Of a stretch of DNA of 30,656 nt, positions 17,509 to 25,247 are shown piece after piece; within the stretch, counting starts at the first letter, position 1; each line of letters starts with the position of its first letter. Position numbers and translations under genes: made by a program. The notes under the pieces were generated by a model that worked only from the letters and a program-made list of their open reading frames with translations, made no database searches and was not told the DNA's origin. Source of the DNA: a virus (taxonomy: Duplodnaviria > Caudoviricetes). The stretch covers positions 1 to 30,656 of IMG/VR virus record IMGVR_UViG_3300025853_000414; one strand, written 5' to 3'.

Positions 17509-17792
17509 AATTCACCTAATTTATCTTCATCTTTTTCACTCATTAAAGCTTTCCATTCTCCTAATGGACAATCTGCAGATAGTGCTCTAGTTTTAAAAGC
17601 TAATGAACATCCGCATTCATTGCAGCAAGGTCCTGTTCCTGGAACTTCACACTTGTTACCTTTGCTAGGACATTCATTGCAAATAACCATTCTTTTAGCA
17701 GATACTGATTCTACAAATTCATCTCTAATTGTAGCATTCTTAATACCTTCGTAAATCTGTTTTCTATTTTTCCAAATCTTTTTTAGATCCAT
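17505..17792 (-). CDS. Cys-rich Zn-binding protein
   Basis: R-x-x-ICNECP...C...CCNECGC-x-L-x-x-K-x-R...CP-x-x-x-W; 8 Cys in 95 aa. Confidence 0.7.
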   Translation of the reverse strand: MDLKKIWKNRKQIYEGIKNATIRDEFVESVSAKRMVICNECPSKGNKCEVPGTGPCCNECGCSLAFKTRALSADCPLGEWKALMSEKDEDKLGEL

Positions 17793-18147
17793 TTTTTTCT
17801 TTTAAAAATTCTTGTTTTCTAAGCTTTTCAGATTCTATTTGTTCTTTTATAGAATATAAAAATTCAATCTTTTCTTCCAACATCTTCTTATTATAGTATG
17901 CTGAATAAGTTGATGTATCATGATTTACTAAATACTTTTCAAATCTGGGAATTGCTTTACTAATGGCATACTCTCTAGCTGCAAATACACCTAAACCTGT
18001 TATATTAATTCTTGGGTGATATAATTCTGTTAGCAGAGTTCTTACATTTTTATAATAAAAATCAATAAGATCTTCTACTAGTTGTTTAGGTTGATTGTTT
18101 CTTCCAGATATTTCTTCATATAATAATCTAGCCTTTTTTGGTTTCAT
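17764..18147 (-). CDS. HU/IHF-like DNA-binding protein
   Basis: Two N-terminal helices followed by RINITGLGVF, matching the HU/IHF V-x-I-x-G-F-G-x-F motif. Confidence 0.6.
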   Translation of the reverse strand: MKPKKARLLYEEISGRNNQPKQLVEDLIDFYYKNVRTLLTELYHPRINITGLGVFAAREYAISKAIPRFEKYLVNHDTSTYSAYYNKKMLEEKIEFLYSIKEQIESEKLRKQEFLKEKNGSKKDLEK

Positions 18148-18503
18148 TTACCTAGAAATTTATAATCTAAGAAAATAGTACCATTTGTTTCTATCTTAAT
18201 ATTATCATCTATAGAAACTAACTTTTTATTTTTTGCGTCTTTTTTAATAAGATTATTTTTAATGCATTTATTAATACAATTTCTCACAGTTTGTTGAGAT
18301 TTAAAAATCTTATGCTCCTCAGATGCATCATAACAAAAATAAGTAAGCTCTATAGGACCTACTGTACTTAGTAATGTTAAACATTCAAGATCAGAATCAC
18401 TCACTGTTATTTTGTTTATATAACAGTGAGTGAGTAATTGAAACTTAATAATGTCTTTTTTAGACATTACAACTTTTTTCTGAACCTGTTTAACTACAGC
18501 CAT
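18144..18503 (-). CDS. Winged-HTH-like DNA-binding protein
   Basis: VSDSDLECL...KSQQTVRNCINKCIKNNLIKK followed by a beta-wing. Confidence 0.55.
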   Translation of the reverse strand: MAVVKQVQKKVVMSKKDIIKFQLLTHCYINKITVSDSDLECLTLLSTVGPIELTYFCYDASEEHKIFKSQQTVRNCINKCIKNNLIKKDAKNKKLVSIDDNIKIETNGTIFLDYKFLGK

Positions 18504-18763
18504 TATGCCTCTTCTTTTCTCAAGACTCTCTTTTTAGGAGCTTTAGGAGCTTCTTGTTGTGGTTCTTCTTCAGGTTCGCTCATCATCATACCAAATTGCA
18601 TTTGAATTTGAGCTCTTTTAAATCTTATTTCATCTATTTCAGAAAGAGCTTTTTCATACTCATACTGAGCTTTTAAGTAAGGCATTGATTCTGTATAGAA
18701 TTTTAGCATTTCTTCTTTTCTTTCTGCTAATTCTTCTGGTGATAATTCTTGTTGGTTTTCCAT
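18503..18763 (-). CDS. Small coiled-coil hypothetical protein
   Basis: 86 aa, E/Q/K-rich; TAATG-coupled to the next gene. Confidence 0.6.
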   Translation of the reverse strand: MENQQELSPEELAERKEEMLKFYTESMPYLKAQYEYEKALSEIDEIRFKRAQIQMQFGMMMSEPEEEPQQEAPKAPKKRVLRKEEA

Positions 18764-18787
18764 TTTTTTTATTTTAGTTATTAATTA

Positions 18788-19315
18788 TTAAAGTATAGAT
18801 ATAGTTACATCAAAATTAGAATGTCTATCTGCAGTACTAATTGTTTTAACTGATACTAGATATCCATTATCTGAATGTATTTCTTTAACCTCAAAGTGTG
18901 TTGCATATGGTTCATGAAATTTAACATAACCAACTGATTCACCTTTACTGTTTGTAAATTTAATTTCATAATTTGAGTTCATTCCACACCAGCATGCTCC
19001 GCTAGATGTTGTACTACATGTAGTAATTACATCATGATTTAAGGTACACCAACTTGGATTAATTACTACATCTTTAATACACTGCTCATAATCAGAACTT
19101 TTCCATACATGAATAGAATCATCTAAATTACTGTTTCTAAATGCAGCTGCATCTAATGAAATTGTAGCTTGCAATGAAGCTGAACTTCCTTTTCTCCAAT
19201 CACCTACACTGTTATTAGGAGCAACTAAATAAATCAAACCCACTAATACTCCTATACCAATTAGTGTTGATTTTTTTGTAAAAAAGCTTTTAACTTTACT
19301 AAACATTTTTTTCAT
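18788..19315 (-). CDS. Membrane-anchored Cys-containing beta-rich protein
   Basis: Basic N-terminus plus hydrophobic TLIGIGVLVGLIYLVA; 5 Cys in the soluble part. Confidence 0.6.
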   Translation of the reverse strand: MKKMFSKVKSFFTKKSTLIGIGVLVGLIYLVAPNNSVGDWRKGSSASLQATISLDAAAFRNSNLDDSIHVWKSSDYEQCIKDVVINPSWCTLNHDVITTCSTTSSGACWCGMNSNYEIKFTNSKGESVGYVKFHEPYATHFEVKEIHSDNGYLVSVKTISTADRHSNFDVTISIL

Positions 19316-19340
19316 AATAAATATTATTTAAGATTAATAA

Positions 19341-19356
19341 CAAATATACCAAAAAA
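19341..19356 (-). promoter_or_regulatory. Bacteroidota-type -7 promoter box (TAnnTTTG)
   Basis: TTTTTTGGTATATTTG, 25 nt upstream of the ATG at 19315 and just downstream of a terminator; no TTTG -33 box at canonical spacing. Confidence 0.55.
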
Positions 19357-19379
19357 GTTTAAACTAGAAATATTTAAAC

Positions 19380-19411
19380 AAAAAATCCAGATATACTACA
19401 TACCTGGATTT
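19380..19411 (-). terminator. Intrinsic terminator ending the lysis operon
   Basis: AAATCCAGGTAT-GTAGT-ATATCTGGATTTTTT on the minus strand. Confidence 0.75.
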
Positions 19412-19432
19412 CTATATATTAGATAAGAGTAA

Positions 19433-19867
19433 CTATCCTCCTCTTCTTTCTTTAGCTTTCTGTATTTGATTATATATTAATTGAGCAGCAGTAGCAGCAG
19501 CAGCAGGAGCAGCTATCATACCAGCTTTAACAAGATTGTTTCCATATCTCCATTTATCTTGTACCCAATCAACACCTTGATCTAAAGTATTAGAAATAGC
19601 CTTACCAACATTAGTTGGTTGATTTAGTTTACGCATTTGTCTTTTACTTAATAATCTACCGCCTGGTTCTAAACCTTCTTGTATACTTTCACAACCTTTA
19701 CTATATTTAGTAGGACCACTATATTTTTGTACACAATGTGCATCTTTCTTCTTTCCAAACAATCCAAGTTGAGCCTTAGGAAGAGATTGCTTAGGTTCAG
19801 ACATATTATATCTACTTTCTCTAAATTGTCTTAATACTTTTTCTGCGTTTACTTTATTTTTTTTCAT
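19433..19867 (-). CDS. Basic hypothetical protein with an Ala-rich C-terminal hydrophobic stretch
   Basis: 144 aa; N-terminal KVLRQFR...SLPKAQLG; ends in RRGG. Confidence 0.6.
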   Translation of the reverse strand: MKKNKVNAEKVLRQFRESRYNMSEPKQSLPKAQLGLFGKKKDAHCVQKYSGPTKYSKGCESIQEGLEPGGRLLSKRQMRKLNQPTNVGKAISNTLDQGVDWVQDKWRYGNNLVKAGMIAAPAAAATAAQLIYNQIQKAKERRGG

Positions 19868-19869
19868 AA

Positions 19870-20745
19870 CTATAAACTTAATAACATATCTATTAACTCT
19901 TGCTGAGGGAACATATCAGACTTCCAGCTTACTACATTACTATGAGTATATAACCCAGGAGTTTTATTTGCTTTATCTAAATCTAATACCTCAAATCCAT
20001 CAGCACCTTTTTCTTTTACCCATTCTACTAATCCTACTCTAGGATCTATTGAGTATTTATTTGCTATATGCAATATCCATTTTTTAAGTACTTCAATCTG
20101 CTTATCAGAATATCTATGCCAGTATTGATGACCTTTAAAAGGTTTTGCTAGTTTAACAACTTGTGAAGGATCTGCAATAGTTCCTACATAAGTTTTACCA
20201 TTTTCAATATAACCCATATTACATACTTCTATAGCAACAGAGTTTCTATGCATTCTAGAATTACCTGTTCCTGTATGCCAGCCATATCCACCTTCTGGAA
20301 ATGCTTGAACTAGATCACCATCATATTTATCAGTACCGTTTTTTACATTTTGTCCACCTAATATAAATTCAGTAGCTACATTACCTCTTTTATCTCTAGC
20401 CCACATATCAGCTACTTGATAAGGATTATCCCATCCTGCAGTATGGTGTAAAAATATCCATTCTTTTGGAACAGGTCCTTTAAAATAAGTACCTATAGGC
20501 ATATAATGTTCAATTAGATTAAGTTCACCATTTTCGGTAAATTTCTCAGATAAGTCTGTACTTAAAAAACCCATAGAGTTTAAAGTATTTGGTCCTACTA
20601 TACCGTCAGCAACAAGTTCATGTGCTCTTTGGTATTCTTGTACAGCTCTTTCTGTTATAGATCCAAATATACCATCAGCAGTTAGTCCTAAAAACTTTTG
20701 AAGTTCTTTTACTTCTTTACCTTTACTGCCTTTTCTAAGAATCAT
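19870..20745 (-). CDS. Endolysin: PG-binding domain + N-acetylmuramoyl-L-alanine amidase (Amidase_2)
   Basis: LRKGSKG-x-x-V-x-x-LQ...DGIFG...DGIVGPNT (PG_binding_1); IFLHHTAG, SVAIEVCN, THS...KSD Zn-amidase motifs. Confidence 0.9.
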   Translation of the reverse strand: MILRKGSKGKEVKELQKFLGLTADGIFGSITERAVQEYQRAHELVADGIVGPNTLNSMGFLSTDLSEKFTENGELNLIEHYMPIGTYFKGPVPKEWIFLHHTAGWDNPYQVADMWARDKRGNVATEFILGGQNVKNGTDKYDGDLVQAFPEGGYGWHTGTGNSRMHRNSVAIEVCNMGYIENGKTYVGTIADPSQVVKLAKPFKGHQYWHRYSDKQIEVLKKWILHIANKYSIDPRVGLVEWVKEKGADGFEVLDLDKANKTPGLYTHSNVVSWKSDMFPQQELIDMLLSL

Positions 20746-20972
20746 TTTTTTCTACTTTTTGTAAACTTATCAATAGATGTAAGTCCTAATGCACCAAATG
20801 CAAATAATGCTACAGCATCTACAAGATATTCTGCTGGTCTGATATCATTATGAGTAAATGTATTTGCAATTAATGAAGTTACTAATGCTAATACACAAAG
20901 TAAACCACCTAATCTTTTAGATGAGTAATTACCTGACTCATCACTTAGAAGTTGTTTAAAAAATTCTTTCAT
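20742..20972 (-). CDS. Holin-like small membrane protein
   Basis: 76 aa, two TM segments, SSKR motif, basic C-tail, ATGA-coupled to the amidase. Confidence 0.65.
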   Translation of the reverse strand: MKEFFKQLLSDESGNYSSKRLGGLLCVLALVTSLIANTFTHNDIRPAEYLVDAVALFAFGALGLTSIDKFTKSRKK

Positions 20973-21427
20973 GACTTTTTTTTTATTTTTTCTGCTATTA
21001 TAAATTTAAATAATCTATATGCTCCATATATTAAAGCAATAAGAACTAACCAATTTATAGTCTTTTTCCAAAATGGAGTTTTTTCATAATACTTTACAGG
21101 TATTGTTCTTTCTATAACTTTTTCTACTGTTACTGTATCACACTCTCCATGTATAAATACATTCTTTTGAATTGTATCATGAAATATCTTTACAGTCAGT
21201 CTTTCTTTTTGCAGTATTAAAGTATCTCTAGTAATTTCATGAAAAAAGTGTTCATTTATAATTGTATCATGAACTACTTTCGGAACTTCAACTCTAACAG
21301 TATCTATAAATGATACTGAATCTATTTCTAGTAGGTACGGATGTTTATCTATAAGTCTGTTAAATCTAGTTTGAGGACTACATGAAAATAACCCTATACA
21401 AAATATTATAATCCAAGGTTTTATCAT
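20969..21427 (-). CDS. Putative unimolecular spanin (lipoprotein with C-terminal TM helix)
   Basis: Signal peptide and lipobox LFSC; beta-rich DT(V/I/L) repeats; C-terminal WLVLIALIYGAYRLF plus Lys tail; inside the lysis cassette. Confidence 0.65.
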   Translation of the reverse strand: MIKPWIIIFCIGLFSCSPQTRFNRLIDKHPYLLEIDSVSFIDTVRVEVPKVVHDTIINEHFFHEITRDTLILQKERLTVKIFHDTIQKNVFIHGECDTVTVEKVIERTIPVKYYEKTPFWKKTINWLVLIALIYGAYRLFKFIIAEKIKKKS

Positions 21428-21750
21428 TTATCTTCTTTACCATTAATGGCTTGGATAATTCTAAGCTCCATAGCTGCCATTTCTTTTACTATATCCGCAA
21501 GTGCTTGATCATTTCTTTCTCTGTTATTATCTACTTTAGAAGAAAGCTCATCAATTCTTTTATGCAATAACTGATTATTATCTTTTTTCTCAGATTTTAA
21601 ATCAATTATTTCTTTTTGTAAATTTTCCAAAACTATTTGTTGAATTGCTACTTTATTCTTTAATGTAAACCAAACTGTTAATGCACCCACTAAAGCTGAC
21701 AGGATTGATACTAAAGCATCAAAACCAATTTGTAAACTTGAAACCTCCAT
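21424..21750 (-). CDS. TM + coiled-coil protein (holin/antiholin-like)
   Basis: One N-terminal TM segment then heptad repeats; first gene of the lysis cassette. Confidence 0.5.
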   Translation of the reverse strand: MEVSSLQIGFDALVSILSALVGALTVWFTLKNKVAIQQIVLENLQKEIIDLKSEKKDNNQLLHKRIDELSSKVDNNRERNDQALADIVKEMAAMELRIIQAINGKEDK

Positions 21751-21777
21751 TGCTCATTTAAATAAATATATAATATA

Positions 21778-21792
21778 TAATATACAAAATTT
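21778..21792 (-). promoter_or_regulatory. Putative late-promoter motif AAATTTTGTATATTA (lysis operon)
   Basis: Recurring core; downstream TATAT...TATATTTATTT is also shared with the 3280 copy. Confidence 0.6.
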
Positions 21793-21821
21793 ATTTAAAT
21801 CTACATAAAATTACGTAGTAT

Positions 21822-22712
21822 TTATAGTGGAAACTTATAAGAATCTACTTGTTTATTGTAATAATCTTCTTTTTCTGTCTTAACTCTTTTGTATGATATC
21901 TCTAAAATACGCCCTCCTGTAGGTTTAACTGGAGCACCTCTTTCTACATGCCACCCCTTTGCTCCTGATCCATATTCCTCTTTATATGTTCCTGTAAGCA
22001 TCATGTGAAGCTGTTTTTGTACGTGCCTGTAACATCCTGCACCTAGTGCTAAAACGTCTCTTACATCATTTCTAGCTGCATTTTCATGTATGTGACCCAT
22101 AGTAAATACATCAAAGTCTTCATACATCTCTAAGGCTCTAGTAAGGTTTAATGCACCTTTAGTGACTACACCACCTCCTCCAGATCCATGAAAGTATTTT
22201 ATTTTACATACTCGTCTGTCAGGTCTATTGTTTGGTTTTTGACGCACTGCATTATTTATTAAAAACCATCCACCATATCCTCCAGCATAAACTTTTGAAT
22301 CATTTTTTATATTAAGGAGTTTTACAAATCTTTTTAATATATCAGTTTCTTGGTATTTAATTATAGCTGTCTCATGATTTCCGTAGCCTATTACAGTAAG
22401 TAAGTGTGCATAAGGTGACCACCATTCAACTGCTGTATCTACAATTGAATCTAGATATCTTGTATTATTATGTTCTGGACGTATTGCTGATTTACTTCTT
22501 CTGGCATCTCCTCTACCTTGCATTAAACAGAACATATCTCCATTTATCATTATAGGAATAGATTCCTGTAAGCAGTAGTCTAAATCTTTTTTAAGTAGTT
22601 TCCAATCACACTTAGGATTATCCCAATGTATGTCTGATAGCATTGCTATCTTTGTTTTTGTTCCATCAATTTGTAACTCATGAATATTTTCAGCATGTTC
22701 TATTATAGTCAT
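21822..22712 (-). CDS. Calcineurin-like metallophosphoesterase
   Basis: SDIH, NGD, GNHE, HG, GHIH motifs. Confidence 0.9.
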   Translation of the reverse strand: MTIIEHAENIHELQIDGTKTKIAMLSDIHWDNPKCDWKLLKKDLDYCLQESIPIMINGDMFCLMQGRGDARRSKSAIRPEHNNTRYLDSIVDTAVEWWSPYAHLLTVIGYGNHETAIIKYQETDILKRFVKLLNIKNDSKVYAGGYGGWFLINNAVRQKPNNRPDRRVCKIKYFHGSGGGGVVTKGALNLTRALEMYEDFDVFTMGHIHENAARNDVRDVLALGAGCYRHVQKQLHMMLTGTYKEEYGSGAKGWHVERGAPVKPTGGRILEISYKRVKTEKEDYYNKQVDSYKFPL

Positions 22713-22957
22713 TCTTTATTTTCTTCTTTGTTTCCTTGGGTAGTTAAATTATAAATAAGACAGATAGCCACAAATAACCCTAGTAATCTTACATACATGT
22801 TTTCACTAAATATCATCAATAAACAGAAAACACCTGTTAAATAATATAAAATGATAACTAAGTAAATTTTAAGATCATCCATTTTATTTATAATTAAAGA
22901 ACTAATATACAATATTACAGTAAAACTTAATAAGTAAACTGTAATAAATTGTATCAT
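22709..22957 (-). CDS. Small hydrophobic membrane protein
   Basis: 82 aa with 2-3 TM segments (start uncertain, may be MDDL); ATGA overlaps at both ends. Confidence 0.5.
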   Translation of the reverse strand: MIQFITVYLLSFTVILYISSLIINKMDDLKIYLVIILYYLTGVFCLLMIFSENMYVRLLGLFVAICLIYNLTTQGNKEENKE

Positions 22958-25242
22958 ATACTCTTACCATCTTGGTGAGCAACGCCTAATAATTCTAATG
23001 ACCAAAGTTGTATATCTTGACTTGTAGTTCCGTCATCTTGAGTATACTCTAATTCAATTAATATTATATCTTCTTCATACGCATCAGATATGTCTATATT
23101 ATCAATTAATATTTCTTTATGTATTTTATTAACTAAATCATTATATGGTGTTAAAGCTGTTGCTCCTTCAGGAATTAAATCTGTAGTAGTAGCAACTGGA
23201 ACTACGGTAGCTAAGTCAGTAGCATCGACTTGTTGTCTTAAAACAGGTACAATTACACCAGCTGTAGAAGCTACTAAAGTTCCAGAAGCTTTAACTATAG
23301 TAACTCTAGTAGTTATTTGACAAGGTGTACCTACATTTATAGCAGTAGCAGCTCCATTTGTAAATCCATAATTTAATCTTAATTCTAATGGAAATGCTGT
23401 ACATGTACCTACGGGTATTGGTAGTTGAATTGTTGCTCTAACTCCTAAAGCATCAAATAAAGATGATCTAATAGCGTGAGTATACACAGGACCTACACCT
23501 ATATCTTGTTCAAAATCTACTAATGTATTTGGTCCAGATATATTACCTGTCCAAATAGGTCCGTTAAGAGATATATTTTTTCTAAACATAGAAAGACCTA
23601 AGCTAGAAAGAACTCCGTCTCTAGATATATTAGTTGAGCTTTCAATAAGTCTAAATCTTTGTATAGTTGGATTAGATGCTCCTGGAGTTACTATTCTAAA
23701 CCTCATCCATCTAGCTGCAATACCATTAATAGTTTTTGTTGTCCAAGTAGTATTTTCATCAACCTTAAATCTCACTAACTCAATAACATTTGCTCTCCAA
23801 AATACAGTATTACCATATGAATATCCTCTATCTTCTGCTACACTGTGGAAATTAACATTTACCCAAGCTGCACCATCCCATATTTCTGCAACTATGTCAG
23901 ATAATGGAGAACTAGTAGCATCCATAAAACTTTCTATACCATAGAAAAATAAAGGTGTTCCAACTATATCAACTCTTTGAGTACCTACTAAAATAGTTTC
24001 ATTAGCAACATTAGTTTGAAAACTAAATGTACTTCCTACTCTACTTTCAGCAGCAGCTGTAACATCTATAAAATTACCTCCATCAGATGCTGGACCTGCT
24101 GTATTATCTGTAGTAAGAACTTTCATACCTGTAGTATAAGGAGCTCCTCTACCTATAGCTACATCAGAACCTCTTTCTGCAAAACCAATTGCTACTTGGT
24201 CTGCTCCAAATATATTATAAGAACTAGTTAAAGAATTAGTTTGTTCTTGAGTAAAGTTTAATGAAAATTCTGATAAAGCTGCTGCTAAAGGACTATATAA
24301 ATATGTAGGTTGATGGTTAGCAGATATTCTGTATACTGTTTCTTGAGCATTACCTGCTAAATCTAAAGTAACAGAAAATCCAGTAATATTTTCAAATCTA
24401 CCTCCAAGTATTTCTATTCTTTCATACTGACCTTTTCCAGCTACAGCATTTGTAGAGTTAAAAAAGTTTGCTGTAAATACTAATGCATTCGGTATAACTC
24501 CTGAAGCTCCTCCTTCTGTTCTAACTACATTTAAAACACCATTACCTACTCCAAAAGGGCCATTGTCACCTTTACCACAATTAAATCCTAAAAACTGCGC
24601 TCTACCAGCTACAGTAGGAGCTGCTCCTGTTGGATCATCTGTTGTTACAAGTAATACGTCTTGTATATCTCCAAGAGATTGAGGTACGTGTATTCCTTCT
24701 AAAGCAAGAACACCTGCTATGTTTTTAAATACTTCTTTTATACCTCCACGCTCTACTCTAATATTAGATCCAATAGTTTTACCTCCACCTTGTCTAATAA
24801 TACCAGTACCTAATGAAGTACCTGTTGCTCCATCTCCATAAAAAGATATGTCGTAAATTGAGTTTGTTCCACCAGCTTGTGTACAATTTATACCTGCAAA
24901 AGCTGTTTGAGGAACATTTATTCCAAATCCTTGTATGTAAGCATCTGAGTCCAAAGTAATAATGTGGGTTGTTGCAGAAGCTGATGCAACACCTATTACA
25001 GTATGTTCCCAACTTGCTTTACCTATCAAAGTTCTTCCTTGTAATACTAGACCTTCTTCATCATATGTTCCTGGAGAAACTAAAATTGCATCACCTGCTG
25101 ATGATGCTGCTATTGCTGCTCCAATTGTTAAAAATGGAAAAGCTTGTTCATTTCTCCTACCTGTTGTGTCATTACCATTTTTTGCAACATATAATGTATT
25201 CTCGAATGAGGTAACTTCTCTTAATTTAATATCTACTGACAT
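22954..25242 (-). CDS. Tailspike-like protein with pectin-lyase-type beta-helix
   Basis: LYVAKNGND...PFLTIGAAI...GDAILVSPGTYDE is the typical beta-helix N-cap; G/T/V/I-rich, 762 aa. Confidence 0.7.
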   Translation of the reverse strand: MSVDIKLREVTSFENTLYVAKNGNDTTGRRNEQAFPFLTIGAAIAASSAGDAILVSPGTYDEEGLVLQGRTLIGKASWEHTVIGVASASATTHIITLDSDAYIQGFGINVPQTAFAGINCTQAGGTNSIYDISFYGDGATGTSLGTGIIRQGGGKTIGSNIRVERGGIKEVFKNIAGVLALEGIHVPQSLGDIQDVLLVTTDDPTGAAPTVAGRAQFLGFNCGKGDNGPFGVGNGVLNVVRTEGGASGVIPNALVFTANFFNSTNAVAGKGQYERIEILGGRFENITGFSVTLDLAGNAQETVYRISANHQPTYLYSPLAAALSEFSLNFTQEQTNSLTSSYNIFGADQVAIGFAERGSDVAIGRGAPYTTGMKVLTTDNTAGPASDGGNFIDVTAAAESRVGSTFSFQTNVANETILVGTQRVDIVGTPLFFYGIESFMDATSSPLSDIVAEIWDGAAWVNVNFHSVAEDRGYSYGNTVFWRANVIELVRFKVDENTTWTTKTINGIAARWMRFRIVTPGASNPTIQRFRLIESSTNISRDGVLSSLGLSMFRKNISLNGPIWTGNISGPNTLVDFEQDIGVGPVYTHAIRSSLFDALGVRATIQLPIPVGTCTAFPLELRLNYGFTNGAATAINVGTPCQITTRVTIVKASGTLVASTAGVIVPVLRQQVDATDLATVVPVATTTDLIPEGATALTPYNDLVNKIHKEILIDNIDISDAYEEDIILIELEYTQDDGTTSQDIQLWSLELLGVAHQDGKSI

Positions 25243-25247
25243 GTCTA

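Noticed and set aside
18745-18763. Partial fourth AACCAACAA motif copy
   Set aside because: Lies within coding sequence (ATG GAA AAC CAA CAA = MENQQ) and is explained by codons.
18788-19000. Aegerolysin-like resemblance in the C-terminal part of the 175-aa membrane protein
   Set aside because: Only a vague Y..F..PY pattern; too weak to call without a structure search.
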